A stretch of DNA of 64,000 nt from Fibrobacteria bacterium (GTDB lineage Bacteria; Fibrobacterota; Chitinivibrionia; Chitinivibrionales; FEN-1185), in contig JBBIGR010000023.1 of NCBI GenBank assembly GCA_037447435.1, positions 1-64,000 of the forward strand. Direction: 5' to 3'. This document shows positions 45,117-55,282 of the stretch, in pieces; the first letter of the stretch is position 1; every line of letters begins with the position of its first letter. The translations under genes were made by a program, and so were the position numbers. A model generated the notes under the pieces. That model was not told where the DNA came from. It made no database searches and saw only the letters and a program-made list of their open reading frames with translations.

Positions 45117-46546
45117 TTGCTTGGGTATTCCGCCAAAGATTTATTGAGGACATCGGTTTTTTGGGTCGAGACATTCCTCCGAAGGTCCATCGTTTCACAA
45201 TGCAACGGATAACCCCAGTTGTTTACGAATTTTATATCGGCCACCGACAAATAAACGATGCTGTTTTTATCGTATCCGCGGGTTTGCCATGCGGAAAAAC
45301 TCCATCCCTGATAGGGCGTCGCACGCGCGAAACATTTTCCATCGAGCGGCATGCAATAGGTGTTGTCGTCAATGGTTAAGTTGCGTTCGTCATTGTCGGA
45401 TTCAAAAGTGACAACCGACGACGCGCCGACGATCGTATTGTTGACAATGGCGGTGTTCCCGCTTGTTTCGAGCCGCACCGCCGCGGTTCTGGGACTATAA
45501 ACCGTATTCCCCTGAAAAATCGTTCCTTTCGACGTCCATCCGAAAAAACACGCGGAATAACTATGCGCGTTTATATAGACGTTGTTTTGGATGATCGTAC
45601 TGTCCGCATAGGAAAGAAATGTCATTGCCGTGCCGCCGAAATCGGTGAAATTCCGGTTATTGTAAAACAAATTGTTTTCAACGATGTTATGAATAGGGCG
45701 GCTTCCGTTAGCTTTACGAATAAAGACATAATCCGTATGGGGAGGGTCGCCCGTTCCCTGATAAAAGCCGTTGTCGAATTGATACAAGTCGTGAATAGTA
45801 TTCCGTGATACGAGGTTAAAGGCGCAGGTGCGGGACGATGCGCTTAAGTCTATTCCCCAGGTAATGTAATCATGAACGACATTCGAATCGATAACGCATC
45901 GGTTGCCGCCGTCTACGGCAATGCCGCTTTCGCCGCATCGCGTAATATCGCAATCGGCGACGACGCACGAGTCTGCCCAAACGAGCTTCACGCCAACACC
46001 CGAAGGTATCGTCAAGCCGTCGTTTTTTGCATATCCTATATCATGGATAAAACATCGGTAAAATTGACAGAATGAACAATGATTGAAATAAATGCCTTTC
46101 CCGCCTGCCCAAGAAGAGACGGCATTGGCAGGACAATTCCTGATTTCGAAATTTCGCACGACAATATGGGAAACGGATTTCGCATCGGAAAAAAAGCCAT
46201 AATACCGCGTATTGCCGCCGTCAACGATTGCCTTGTCCCAACCCCATTGTCCGTCTGAATTTCCGTCGTACACGATCGGCTTGCCCTTTTGGCCGGAAAA
46301 CGGAATCGTGACGGTGCCTGCATACACGATGGAGCCGCGGAAAAAAACCGTATCGCCCGATTCCAACCTTGTTTTCGCCGGTTGGCCGACAGCATTTTTG
46401 TCGCCGGGGCAATGTTTGAAGCATTGTGATGTCGACATACCGTTTTGCGAGTCGTCACCGTTTGAAAAGTCGACAAAATACGATTTGGAATATGACGAGG
46501 TGAAAAGAAACAAAGTTATGATAATTGCAATAGAGAAATTATGCAT
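45113..46546 (-). CDS. secreted right-handed beta-helix protein (polysaccharide lyase/hydrolase-like)
   Basis: Signal peptide, YFVD..GDD..NG.S, GDTVFFR, and repeated N-ladder beta-helix motifs (C.IHD, N.IHD, VENNLF). Confidence 0.75.
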   Translation of the reverse strand: MHNFSIAIIITLFLFTSSYSKSYFVDFSNGDDSQNGMSTSQCFKHCPGDKNAVGQPAKTRLESGDTVFFRGSIVYAGTVTIPFSGQKGKPIVYDGNSDGQWGWDKAIVDGGNTRYYGFFSDAKSVSHIVVRNFEIRNCPANAVSSWAGGKGIYFNHCSFCQFYRCFIHDIGYAKNDGLTIPSGVGVKLVWADSCVVADCDITRCGESGIAVDGGNRCVIDSNVVHDYITWGIDLSASSRTCAFNLVSRNTIHDLYQFDNGFYQGTGDPPHTDYVFIRKANGSRPIHNIVENNLFYNNRNFTDFGGTAMTFLSYADSTIIQNNVYINAHSYSACFFGWTSKGTIFQGNTVYSPRTAAVRLETSGNTAIVNNTIVGASSVVTFESDNDERNLTIDDNTYCMPLDGKCFARATPYQGWSFSAWQTRGYDKNSIVYLSVADIKFVNNWGYPLHCETMDLRRNVSTQKTDVLNKSLAEYPSK

Positions 46547-46548
46547 AG

Positions 46549-47916
46549 TTATTGCCTTGCGTCAAAATGAGAAGCCAAAGATTTTGTCGGCAAAACCGTT
46601 ATTTTGGTGAAAGCCGTTTGAACCGGTACCGAAACGCAATCTGCCGAAATGGCGATAGCCGCCATGAGAAAAAACCAAAAAACCTGTATCTGATCGAAAT
46701 ATGAAACGGAGATAAAGGATACGGCATGGGCGAATAAAGATGCACCCATCGCCCAAACAATGAATCGGTTGCCAAAATTGCCCGGTGAAAGCCCTCTGAC
46801 CGCATGGCCGACTCCCATAAACCCACGAACCACAATAACGATGAACAGTATCATGGTAATGATACCGCCGTTTACTCCCTGTACAAGATACTGATTGGTT
46901 ATGTCAGCCTTTGTCGGGTCGATAAGCAGCCCGGTAGGCATCCAATGGGCAGTTACTTTCGTTCCGATAAGCCACCATTCGTTGAAATACCGAATTGCCT
47001 GGTCAATAAGGTACGCCCGATGCCATCCGGTACCGCCGGTCAAACTGCTGAGCCGTGCCAAGACATACCATACCGGCGATTTCATGGATAATTGTAAAGC
47101 AATGATGAGGCCTACCATGATCCAACGAACAAAGCGCATATGGTCTTTGAGTACCCAGAGCATAAGACCGAGTATTCCGTAAAGCGATGCCATAAGCGCT
47201 CCCGAAGAACCCGAACAAATAACGATGACAAACGCGGCAACTATTCCCGAAAAGGTCAGAAGTTTCGAGACTCCTTGTTGCCACCAAAGCGAAATGATGA
47301 TCGGCAGCATTGTCGCGCCGAATGTTCCCATTAGTATAGGATGCCTGAAACTTCCTTGACATCGAACTCTCCCGTTGCGCAGTTCCGATATTTCCGGGAC
47401 TCCTCCCAAAAAGTAGAAAAGATTTTTCCCGGTGACGAATTCGTAAGTCATGGCGCCGGCCAAAGGGATCATCAGCGCAATGCAAACCACGATCATTCTC
47501 GTAACGTCTTCTATTGACGTGAGATATAATCGGCAAAGAAAATACACGCCTACCGTATCGAAACATAGCCCAACTCTGTTTGCAAAAGCCTGGCCGGTTT
47601 GCCACAAAATCGTATAGGTAATGATTGTGGAAATAGACCATGCTATCATTGCTTTGTCAAGGGGCGAAAAACTCAGGACTGCATGATCCTGGATAATGGC
47701 GATCCTAAGAAAGCCGAATACCATCATGACCCGCAGCATGGTGAAATGTGCGGGGCCGATCACCACATATTGCCCTAGCGTAATAAAGGCGGCAACGATG
47801 AAAAGCGGGACCAGGGCGTATTTTTTAGGTAAAAATATCATTGCAAACCCGAGTAAAAGCACAATGCCGAATATGCCCCAATTGGGATTGATGATGTCTG
47901 TCGATGACGGTTCCAC
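46549..47916 (-). CDS. Wzy polymerase / O-antigen-ligase-like membrane protein
   Basis: Polytopic. R.GR.R.QGSF.HPI..G, SGSSG, HRAYLI, DITNQY...GG. Confidence 0.75.
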   Translation of the reverse strand: MEPSSTDIINPNWGIFGIVLLLGFAMIFLPKKYALVPLFIVAAFITLGQYVVIGPAHFTMLRVMMVFGFLRIAIIQDHAVLSFSPLDKAMIAWSISTIITYTILWQTGQAFANRVGLCFDTVGVYFLCRLYLTSIEDVTRMIVVCIALMIPLAGAMTYEFVTGKNLFYFLGGVPEISELRNGRVRCQGSFRHPILMGTFGATMLPIIISLWWQQGVSKLLTFSGIVAAFVIVICSGSSGALMASLYGILGLMLWVLKDHMRFVRWIMVGLIIALQLSMKSPVWYVLARLSSLTGGTGWHRAYLIDQAIRYFNEWWLIGTKVTAHWMPTGLLIDPTKADITNQYLVQGVNGGIITMILFIVIVVRGFMGVGHAVRGLSPGNFGNRFIVWAMGASLFAHAVSFISVSYFDQIQVFWFFLMAAIAISADCVSVPVQTAFTKITVLPTKSLASHFDARQ

Positions 47917-47930
47917 GGTTACATTTCGCC

Positions 47931-48887
47931 TTACTGTTTAACACGGTGAATCGGTGAAAGCGCCCACAGTAAAATCGTAAACCATTTTTGTATCGACCAG
48001 GCGACTTTTTTTGTTCTGCCGTTTGCAAATGAAAACGGAAGAGCGATCGCAAGGACGATCAGCCGCATGCAGGAGGCAACGGCAAAAGCGGTCTTATACA
48101 AATCCGCATACGGTTTTCCACGCCATTTTTTCAAGAATGTATAATTTGCGGTTTTCATGGTTTTTACGGAGAATTGTTTTATTGGAGAATTCTTCGTGCT
48201 TGTTCCGCCGTGGTGAACAATGCTGGCATCGTTCGCATAATATATTCCGTATCCCTGCTTCCCGATGGAATAGCACAGGTCAACATCTTCGGAATACATA
48301 AAATAGGAAGTATCGAACATGCCGGCTTTTATAAAAGCTTCCCTGCGGACAAACAATCCGGCGCCTGACAAGGCCGATACTTTGACGGGGGATTTTTGCC
48401 TTTCGTACAGCTGCTTTGTGCCGAAAAAGGAGAACCGGTGGAATTTTGTCCGCAAAAATTCAAATGAGAAAATCTGGTTGAAAATGGTCGGAATGGGCAA
48501 TATCGCCGATGTTTGTACGGACAGGTCGGAGTTGAGCAGTCTGCAACCAAGTGCGCCCGCATCCGGTAATTTGTCAAGGTGCCGAATGCAGATGGTTATT
48601 GCATTTTCAAGGATTACGGTGTCGGGATTTAAAAAAAGAACGTACGAACCCGATGCCTGATCAAACCCTATATTGTTCGCACCGGCAAATCCCAAGTTCA
48701 AAGAGCTTTCTATGATCCGTATGCCGGGGTACTGCCTCCGAATAAGGTCGCACCCGTTATCGGTTGATGCATTGTCAACCACGATGACTTCAAATTCAAT
48801 ATCCCGCGTTTCTTTAAATATTGAAGCAAGACAAGACAACAGATACGATGTACTGTTGAAATTTACGATGATAATCGATGCGTCCAT
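47931..48887 (-). CDS. glycosyltransferase family 2
   Basis: SIIIVNFN, VVDNASTD, NLGFAGANN, FLNPD, FMYSEDVD. Confidence 0.92.
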   Translation of the reverse strand: MDASIIIVNFNSTSYLLSCLASIFKETRDIEFEVIVVDNASTDNGCDLIRRQYPGIRIIESSLNLGFAGANNIGFDQASGSYVLFLNPDTVILENAITICIRHLDKLPDAGALGCRLLNSDLSVQTSAILPIPTIFNQIFSFEFLRTKFHRFSFFGTKQLYERQKSPVKVSALSGAGLFVRREAFIKAGMFDTSYFMYSEDVDLCYSIGKQGYGIYYANDASIVHHGGTSTKNSPIKQFSVKTMKTANYTFLKKWRGKPYADLYKTAFAVASCMRLIVLAIALPFSFANGRTKKVAWSIQKWFTILLWALSPIHRVKQ

Positions 48888-48893
48888 AAAAAC

Positions 48894-49763
48894 TCATTTC
48901 CATATCGTTGGCTTCAGAAACAGGCGGTTCAATTGTTGTTTTCGCAGGTACTTGACCAATTGCGGATCATTTACCCTCTGCTTGCGGGAAACTATTGCCT
49001 TGCAATACCCGTACAATAACCCGAGCGATTCGATGAAAAACGGCCACCGGAAGCTTCGCTTGATGATTTTGGAGGCTAAATACAAAGGATGATATCCGGA
49101 TATATATGACCCGACCCCGTTTTTTATCGCATTCTTCCAAATGCCGACTTCCATACCGGTTGCTCGATGCTGGACTATTTTCAATTCGGGAAAATTCCGG
49201 GTCGAAAATCCCAGCATGTTTGCTTTTACTTCGTCAAGCGTATCCCATCCGTTTATCGCATACATGCCGCCCATCTCGTCCCATAGTTTCTTCTTGTACA
49301 TTTTCGCGGCGCCGCGGACGTGAAATCTGGGTGTGCGTTCGAGATTTAAGACGCCGTTTTCAAGATTGTAAATTACGCCGCTTGCCAGTCCGAGTTTGGG
49401 GTCTTTGTCAAAAAAGTTCATGCATTGTTCGAAATAGTCTTTTTCAAACGATAAATCGCCGTCAAGCTTTACAATATAGTCCCAAGTCATATCGTTTGCG
49501 TGCTCGAAACCAAAATAAAAAGCCTGGACCTCGCCGCCAGCCGAATTTCTGAATCCGCGGTCTTTTCTGTGTAAAGCAATGATCCACGGATATTGCCGTG
49601 CGAACGAATCGATAATTTCTCCCGTTTTATCCGACGAACCGTCGTCGACGATGATATATGCTACAGGGAGAACCGTTTGCGAAATTACCGAACGTATGGT
49701 TTTGTCTATAAACCGTTCTTCATCCCTTACCGGTGAGATCACGACATATTTGTTGTTTTCCAT
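48894..49763 (-). CDS. glycosyltransferase family 2
   Basis: ISPVRDE, VDDGSSD, KLDGDL, GWDTLDE. Confidence 0.9.
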   Translation of the reverse strand: MENNKYVVISPVRDEERFIDKTIRSVISQTVLPVAYIIVDDGSSDKTGEIIDSFARQYPWIIALHRKDRGFRNSAGGEVQAFYFGFEHANDMTWDYIVKLDGDLSFEKDYFEQCMNFFDKDPKLGLASGVIYNLENGVLNLERTPRFHVRGAAKMYKKKLWDEMGGMYAINGWDTLDEVKANMLGFSTRNFPELKIVQHRATGMEVGIWKNAIKNGVGSYISGYHPLYLASKIIKRSFRWPFFIESLGLLYGYCKAIVSRKQRVNDPQLVKYLRKQQLNRLFLKPTIWK

Positions 49764-49768
49764 ACCGA

Positions 49769-50968
49769 TTAGTCCTTGGCCGTATCGGAGTTACTTTTTA
49801 CAAGGTTGTTGGCTATTTGAGCGAAAACCTTGCTTTTTATGTCCCAATTATTATCTAATGCAAATTTCAGGCCGTTTTCGGATAATTGCTTTTTTCGCGA
49901 TGAGTCCCCTTGCAGATTGATGATGCATTCCGCTAAACTTTCGGGACTGTCCGGCGTAAAAAACATGATTTGCGAATCGTTAAAATAAAATTCATCGATT
50001 GTTGTTTTCGATGCAATTACGGGTATGCCGGAAGCCATGAAATCGAGGATTTTCGAGCTGAACGCTTCGGAAGCAAAAAAACCCCCTCGTTTCGGAACTA
50101 TTCCAATGTCAACCATTTTATAGACTTCTACCAACCCATGGATATCATGCGGAGGGAAAAACTCGATAACGTCATGGAGTTTTCGTTCGGCAATAAGTTT
50201 TTCGAGCTCGCTGCGGTATTGCGGAACCCAGGACGCTGCATAAATTTTCAGTTTCGCATACGGAATGGTTTTCCGGACAATGTCCATTGCGTTTACGGCG
50301 ATGTCGATTCCGTGATGATGGGACAGATGCCCCGGATAAATAAGAGACAATTGATCGTTGCGTACCCGATATTTTATGTCCTTGAAATATTCCAAATGAG
50401 GATAATTGACAAATCCTATAGTTCTATCGAATGCCTTGTGGTCCCTGGTCGAAATTTTTTTTCGCCATAAATCGTTTCCCGTGATGACGAAATCCGCGAA
50501 AGAAACCGAAAGGAATTCGACAATGCGAAGCACTTTTCCTTGCCAGGAATTGAGCGGCTTGTGAAAACGTTGGCAAAAAAATTCGGGCAGGATATCGTGG
50601 ATGTCGAGGATAACCTTTGCACCCAATAGTTTTGGAATGAAGGCGGTGAAAACAAAAAAATCAGGAACATTATGAACGATTATGAGCGAATACTTATACC
50701 GTAAATGGTTCTTTAAAACAAGAAAACTGCTTTTGATGAAAAATGTCCCCATTTTCAGAAGGTAATCAAAGGGACCTCCCTGCTCATCGAAATCCCTGGA
50801 TTGGATGCGATGCACGTTCACGCCATCAAGAATCTCGAAACTCTTTGTAGAATCAGTTTTTAGAGCGATTGCATCGGTGCGGTCGCCCTTTCTGTGAAGC
50901 ACTTCGGCGTAACGCCGTATTCTGAAATCGGTTTCATAAAAGGCATATGCCACTGTACATGAGTTCAT
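49769..50968 (-). CDS. glycosyltransferase family 4
   Basis: D.RIRR.A, HNVPD, DIHD..PE, DIGIVP, KILDFMASGIPVI. Confidence 0.88.
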   Translation of the reverse strand: MNSCTVAYAFYETDFRIRRYAEVLHRKGDRTDAIALKTDSTKSFEILDGVNVHRIQSRDFDEQGGPFDYLLKMGTFFIKSSFLVLKNHLRYKYSLIIVHNVPDFFVFTAFIPKLLGAKVILDIHDILPEFFCQRFHKPLNSWQGKVLRIVEFLSVSFADFVITGNDLWRKKISTRDHKAFDRTIGFVNYPHLEYFKDIKYRVRNDQLSLIYPGHLSHHHGIDIAVNAMDIVRKTIPYAKLKIYAASWVPQYRSELEKLIAERKLHDVIEFFPPHDIHGLVEVYKMVDIGIVPKRGGFFASEAFSSKILDFMASGIPVIASKTTIDEFYFNDSQIMFFTPDSPESLAECIINLQGDSSRKKQLSENGLKFALDNNWDIKSKVFAQIANNLVKSNSDTAKD

Positions 50969-50980
50969 GATTGTTTCCTC

Positions 50981-52177
50981 TCATCCTGTAAATGAATTGA
51001 CGGCATCGATGATTTTTGCCTTGTCCGAATTGGAAAGCGTATAGTAAACAGGTACGGTCACGACGGTTTGGGAACATTGTTCGGCAATGGGACAATCGTT
51101 TGCATACCCGTATTTTTCCTTTGCCTCATTGGATATATCGTCGAGGTATTTTGCCGCATCGATGCAATGCGCTCGTAAATGTTCCGCAAATCGGTTCCTT
51201 GCCTCATTGCTATGGGTACGAATGGCGAATTGATAATAATTGCTTTCGCAATATGGTTTTTCAAACGGGAAAATCAGGCTCGTATTTTTCATAGTCTTAA
51301 GGTAGAAAAGCCCGTTTTCTCTTTGGCGGAGAATTTTTTGTTTAAATGACCGAATGCGTTTGCGGATCAACGCGGAATCACCCGGAGATACGGAACGCAT
51401 CGTAAATCCCGTCTTAGCAGTCAGATTAAGCTTTTTGTCGAGTCTGATGCCGATCGGATATCCTATTGTTCCGTACCAGGGACGTTGATACAAGGTGGAT
51501 TTTACCCAGGTCGCCCCGAAATGCAAAAGCGAGGCAATCATTTTCCACTCCGGTAACGAAGATACGATTTTTCGAAGTGTCGCCGACAGCTCCGGTTTTT
51601 TTGATATGATAACGCTTCCTTCTCCGACAGATAAGTTTTTACCGCTGCGAAAAGAGAAGAACGAAACGTCGGCAATATTACCTGTCAATATCCCCTTGTA
51701 TGTGCTGTACAGGGACTGGGCGCAATCTTCGATAACCCAAATCCTGCCTGCCGCCTCGCGTAATGCATCCATATCGACGCTGTGGCCGAACATATGAACG
51801 GCAATGATTGCGCTCAGTTCGTTTCGTTTTTTTTTGACATCATCAATGGATATGGTGTAGGTTTCGGGTGAAATATCGATAAATCGGGGAATAAATCCGG
51901 CCTGAATAATTGCATCGAAAACCACGGGACAACAGAAAAGCGGTACACCTATTTTCGATCCTTTTTCAAGGCCGAGCGATTGCAGAATTGTAAACAACGA
52001 AAGTCTTCCGGACGTCGTGTAAAAATGATTCCCCGAAAAAAGCGACGAGAGATTCGAATCGGACTTGTCCGCAGGGAAAATGGTTGCCGCAATCGCCTGA
52101 AAAAGAGTCGTTGCGGTGTAATCCCAATTATAGCGGGGTATCAAACGGGTTTTTGAAAAAATGGTTCCGTTCTTCAT
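50981..52177 (-). CDS. DegT/DnrJ/EryC1/StrS family PLP-dependent aminotransferase
   Basis: SGR, VHMFG, VIEDCAQS, FSFRSGKNL..GEG. Confidence 0.85.
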   Translation of the reverse strand: MKNGTIFSKTRLIPRYNWDYTATTLFQAIAATIFPADKSDSNLSSLFSGNHFYTTSGRLSLFTILQSLGLEKGSKIGVPLFCCPVVFDAIIQAGFIPRFIDISPETYTISIDDVKKKRNELSAIIAVHMFGHSVDMDALREAAGRIWVIEDCAQSLYSTYKGILTGNIADVSFFSFRSGKNLSVGEGSVIISKKPELSATLRKIVSSLPEWKMIASLLHFGATWVKSTLYQRPWYGTIGYPIGIRLDKKLNLTAKTGFTMRSVSPGDSALIRKRIRSFKQKILRQRENGLFYLKTMKNTSLIFPFEKPYCESNYYQFAIRTHSNEARNRFAEHLRAHCIDAAKYLDDISNEAKEKYGYANDCPIAEQCSQTVVTVPVYYTLSNSDKAKIIDAVNSFTG

Positions 52178-52181
52178 AGGG

Positions 52182-53234
52182 CTATCCTAAATGTTTAAAT
52201 AAAATCGGGCTTATGGATTCCATTATGCCAAGAGGCATATGCCGCCAGATTCTTGTCATGACCTTATAGCCAAAATCGCTTTCTTTAACCGAAACGGCGC
52301 CTTTAACTCTGGGGAAATAATAGTACGGCAATTCGGTATCAACCATTCCCCACATGTTTTTGTATCTGATGAGACCCGTATTATCGGGAGATGTTCGTCC
52401 AAAATCTAATGCTTCATATCCGTTTTGAATCCCCCACGTTATCACATGCCAGGTAAGCAAATGGTTCGGGTGGAATTTTTTAAGCGAATCCGGGTCCGAT
52501 GCGTTGTATTTGTAATGGATTTGCTTTGCAATGGTTAAAAAAACCGATGCTGCGATAATTTCGTTTTCATGGTATGCGGTGAGAATGAATCCGTGACCTT
52601 CGACAATGACGCGGGAAAAAAGGTTGTCGAAAAACACTTTGGGCTGACAGGGTACTCCGTGTTTCCGTCGCGTCAAGTTGTTGAGACGGTAAAACGCGTC
52701 GAGTCCTTTGCCGTTATTCTCAAACTTGATCTGGACCCCGGCTTTTTCCGCTTTTCGAATGGAATATTGTATTGTCTTTTTGTCCAGGGCGTTATGTACG
52801 GCATCAATTCCTTTAACTAAATTTAGGACATGCCGCTTGTAGTAATTGTGCAGCAAAAAATCATTCCCGCTGCCCAGATTGCTCCGTATTTCGATGTAAC
52901 GGACGTCCTCGGCGTGTTCGTTTTTGACATGTTCGATCAACTCCTGCTGGGCAACGGTGGTCGTGCAGAGCGGGCCGCCGTAATCGGAAAACGGCAACGA
53001 GACGATACGGTTTCCAATCAGGCGGCTTTTCAATTTAAACAAGGGAAAAACACCTTCCAAAAAGCCCGCTTCATTTTTAACAATGTATAATAGCGGCTCG
53101 AATCGGTACGTTTCCTGAATTGCGTATAACCAGCACGATAAATGTGACGGGCTGGCAGCCGGATGTTGTTCGATAAAAGCGTCCCACAACGACATGGCTG
53201 CTTTATTGGATAATGAGAGCTTTTCGATTTTCAT
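52182..53234 (-). CDS. FemAB-like / GNAT acyltransferase
   Basis: WD.FI, SLPFSDYGGP, IRKAEK.GV, FY.L...RRKHGVP.QP..FF, PNHLL.W, DFGRT..N.GL..YK..WG. Likely start MKIEK at 53234. Confidence 0.85.
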   Translation of the reverse strand: MKIEKLSLSNKAAMSLWDAFIEQHPAASPSHLSCWLYAIQETYRFEPLLYIVKNEAGFLEGVFPLFKLKSRLIGNRIVSLPFSDYGGPLCTTTVAQQELIEHVKNEHAEDVRYIEIRSNLGSGNDFLLHNYYKRHVLNLVKGIDAVHNALDKKTIQYSIRKAEKAGVQIKFENNGKGLDAFYRLNNLTRRKHGVPCQPKVFFDNLFSRVIVEGHGFILTAYHENEIIAASVFLTIAKQIHYKYNASDPDSLKKFHPNHLLTWHVITWGIQNGYEALDFGRTSPDNTGLIRYKNMWGMVDTELPYYYFPRVKGAVSVKESDFGYKVMTRIWRHMPLGIMESISPILFKHLG

Positions 53235-54204
53235 ATAAATGTCTTTCGTTGCGATCTTTTGCAGCATTGTGTTTTGGCACCAATTCGACATCGACATACT
53301 CTTTTTTAAAGAACCGGGCAATGTCCTTTGGTAACACGTTCCAATATTCATTCGCATACCTGGATTGTACGTAGGTAATAAAGTCCGCATAGTAAGAAAC
53401 CGGGTATTCCTCTGCCTTGCACCGCCGATGGGTAAAATTCATGTAATCGGGATGAGTATTGATAAGCGCCATTCCGCCGTTTTCCGCAATCCAGTCGAGT
53501 TTTGCTTTCCAAACTGAATTGTCCTTATTGCCAAGAAGGACAAAAAGAGAAAAGTCCTGGCATAACGTATACGGTAATTCCACGTATCCGTTTCTGTTGA
53601 TATCTGAGGCGGATATCCAGAAGGGGAAAATCGTTTTCATGTTTTCCGGTTGCGGTTCAAAAGGATCGGTGTCGAAGGTCGAGGCATCATATTCAATGTC
53701 GAATTCCTTGATCCACTCGAGATTTCGAATCATAGACGGCGCACGAAACCCGACGGCTTCCCATTCTTTGAGGTAGTTGTTGATTTGCACGCATCTTTTT
53801 TGGAAAATTTCACGGGAGCTGAAAAGTTTTCCATCATGAGTAAGGCCGTGAACCCCTATTTCGAAACCGTTTTTCGCAATGGTCTTTCGCACTTCCTCTA
53901 AAACCCGGTACCGCTGCGGAACAAAATTGAATGAGGAAATAAAACCAAGGTTTTTTTCCAATTCCATTAGGGCGATACTGGCATCATGTCCTTTTTGCGT
54001 ATCTACATCGTGAGTCAAAATGAAGGCGAATTTTTTTCCTTCGGGCCAGCCTTGCCAATTTGTGGGTTTGGATTCTGATCCGGGAAATATAGGCCATGTA
54101 TCGGCATGCGTATGTAGCGCGCGTCGAACCAGCATTCTTCGTAACGATAATTGTACGCTTCTCGGTACGAGCGGCTTGACAGTATAAAAAAATTTATTAC
54201 CCAT
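53203..54204 (-). CDS. polysaccharide deacetylase (CE4-like) family protein
   Basis: WP.GK.FA..LTHDVD, GFEIGVHGLTH, GFRAP, YDAS, HPDY. Confidence 0.8.
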   Translation of the reverse strand: MGNKFFYTVKPLVPRSVQLSLRRMLVRRALHTHADTWPIFPGSESKPTNWQGWPEGKKFAFILTHDVDTQKGHDASIALMELEKNLGFISSFNFVPQRYRVLEEVRKTIAKNGFEIGVHGLTHDGKLFSSREIFQKRCVQINNYLKEWEAVGFRAPSMIRNLEWIKEFDIEYDASTFDTDPFEPQPENMKTIFPFWISASDINRNGYVELPYTLCQDFSLFVLLGNKDNSVWKAKLDWIAENGGMALINTHPDYMNFTHRRCKAEEYPVSYYADFITYVQSRYANEYWNVLPKDIARFFKKEYVDVELVPKHNAAKDRNERHLYENRKALIIQ

Positions 54205-54216
54205 ATAAGACCTTTC

Positions 54217-55251
54217 TTAGGCAACGTACTTATACACCAGCGACCCAACGGCATTGAGAATTGGAACCGGCAGCTTTTTAAAGATAGTGGTATAGAATGC
54301 GGGGACCGTTGCTGAGGGAGCTTCGAACCCCTTCGTTGCGAAATTGTATTTATAATACTGCAAAATTTCCTCTTTTGCACCCCAACCTGATTTATAATAG
54401 CGAAGGCCTTCGTTGTCCATTTCCGTTCTTCCCATTACCATTTTAACGATATGGTTTTTGCAAAACCATTGTATAGCTTCCCACATGACCAGGTTGTTGG
54501 CGCGTAGGTTTTGGAACGATATGTCGGAAGCGGAATATTTGTAAACAGCCATGGTGCCGAAATGGAAAAACATGGCCCCTGCAATCGGTCTTTTTTCATA
54601 AAACGCCAATACGATGAACCCGCACCCTTTTTGTAAAATGTGAGCGTGTATTTTCTCGAAAAATGAAAAAGGTTGCGGCGGTGCTCCGTGACGTTTTCTC
54701 GTAAGGCTGTGAAGACGGAAAAATGCTTTCAACGATTCCATCGAAGTCGAAATGCTCGTATCGAGTCGTGCACGCAACGCCTTTTTAACGTTACCCTTGT
54801 TTCCGTTCGAAAAACCCTTGAACACCTCGCTGGGGTCGGGTTGCAACGCGAGTTGATGATTATAAAATTCCGCCGAAGCCGTCCGGGAGGCAAGAGAAGG
54901 AACGGCCCCCCTGATTTCAAGCGTTTTCCATTTTGACAAGGCACCGAAGTCCAGAATTCGGTCCATGATGTCTTTATTGTCAATAGCGACGATCGGCTCG
55001 CTAAAATCCGAAAACGGCAAAGAAACGCCTTTTTTCGGCATAAGCCGTGTATTGATTTCCATGAAAGGGACCAGCGTCTCTATAACGTTGTTTTCAATTG
55101 CTGCAAAATACACCGGTTTAAATCCGTAGGAACTCGATAGTGCTTTTGCCCACGCAGCCGAGTGAAAAAACGAATGCTGATTGTTGGCCAAAAGCATTTC
55201 GTCCCAGTGGGGTTCCAAAAGAGGGTTAATAACGACAAGACCTTTATTCAT
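54217..55251 (-). CDS. FemAB-like / GNAT acyltransferase (paralog of 52182-53234)
   Basis: FFHS.AW, SLPFSD, TRKRHGAPPQP, ANNLVMWEAI, GRT..N.GL..YK.GWG. Start 55251 or 55278. Confidence 0.85.
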   Translation of the reverse strand: MNKGLVVINPLLEPHWDEMLLANNQHSFFHSAAWAKALSSSYGFKPVYFAAIENNVIETLVPFMEINTRLMPKKGVSLPFSDFSEPIVAIDNKDIMDRILDFGALSKWKTLEIRGAVPSLASRTASAEFYNHQLALQPDPSEVFKGFSNGNKGNVKKALRARLDTSISTSMESLKAFFRLHSLTRKRHGAPPQPFSFFEKIHAHILQKGCGFIVLAFYEKRPIAGAMFFHFGTMAVYKYSASDISFQNLRANNLVMWEAIQWFCKNHIVKMVMGRTEMDNEGLRYYKSGWGAKEEILQYYKYNFATKGFEAPSATVPAFYTTIFKKLPVPILNAVGSLVYKYVA

Positions 55252-55282
55252 ACGGTTTCCTCGTAACAAGGGCGTCACACTG

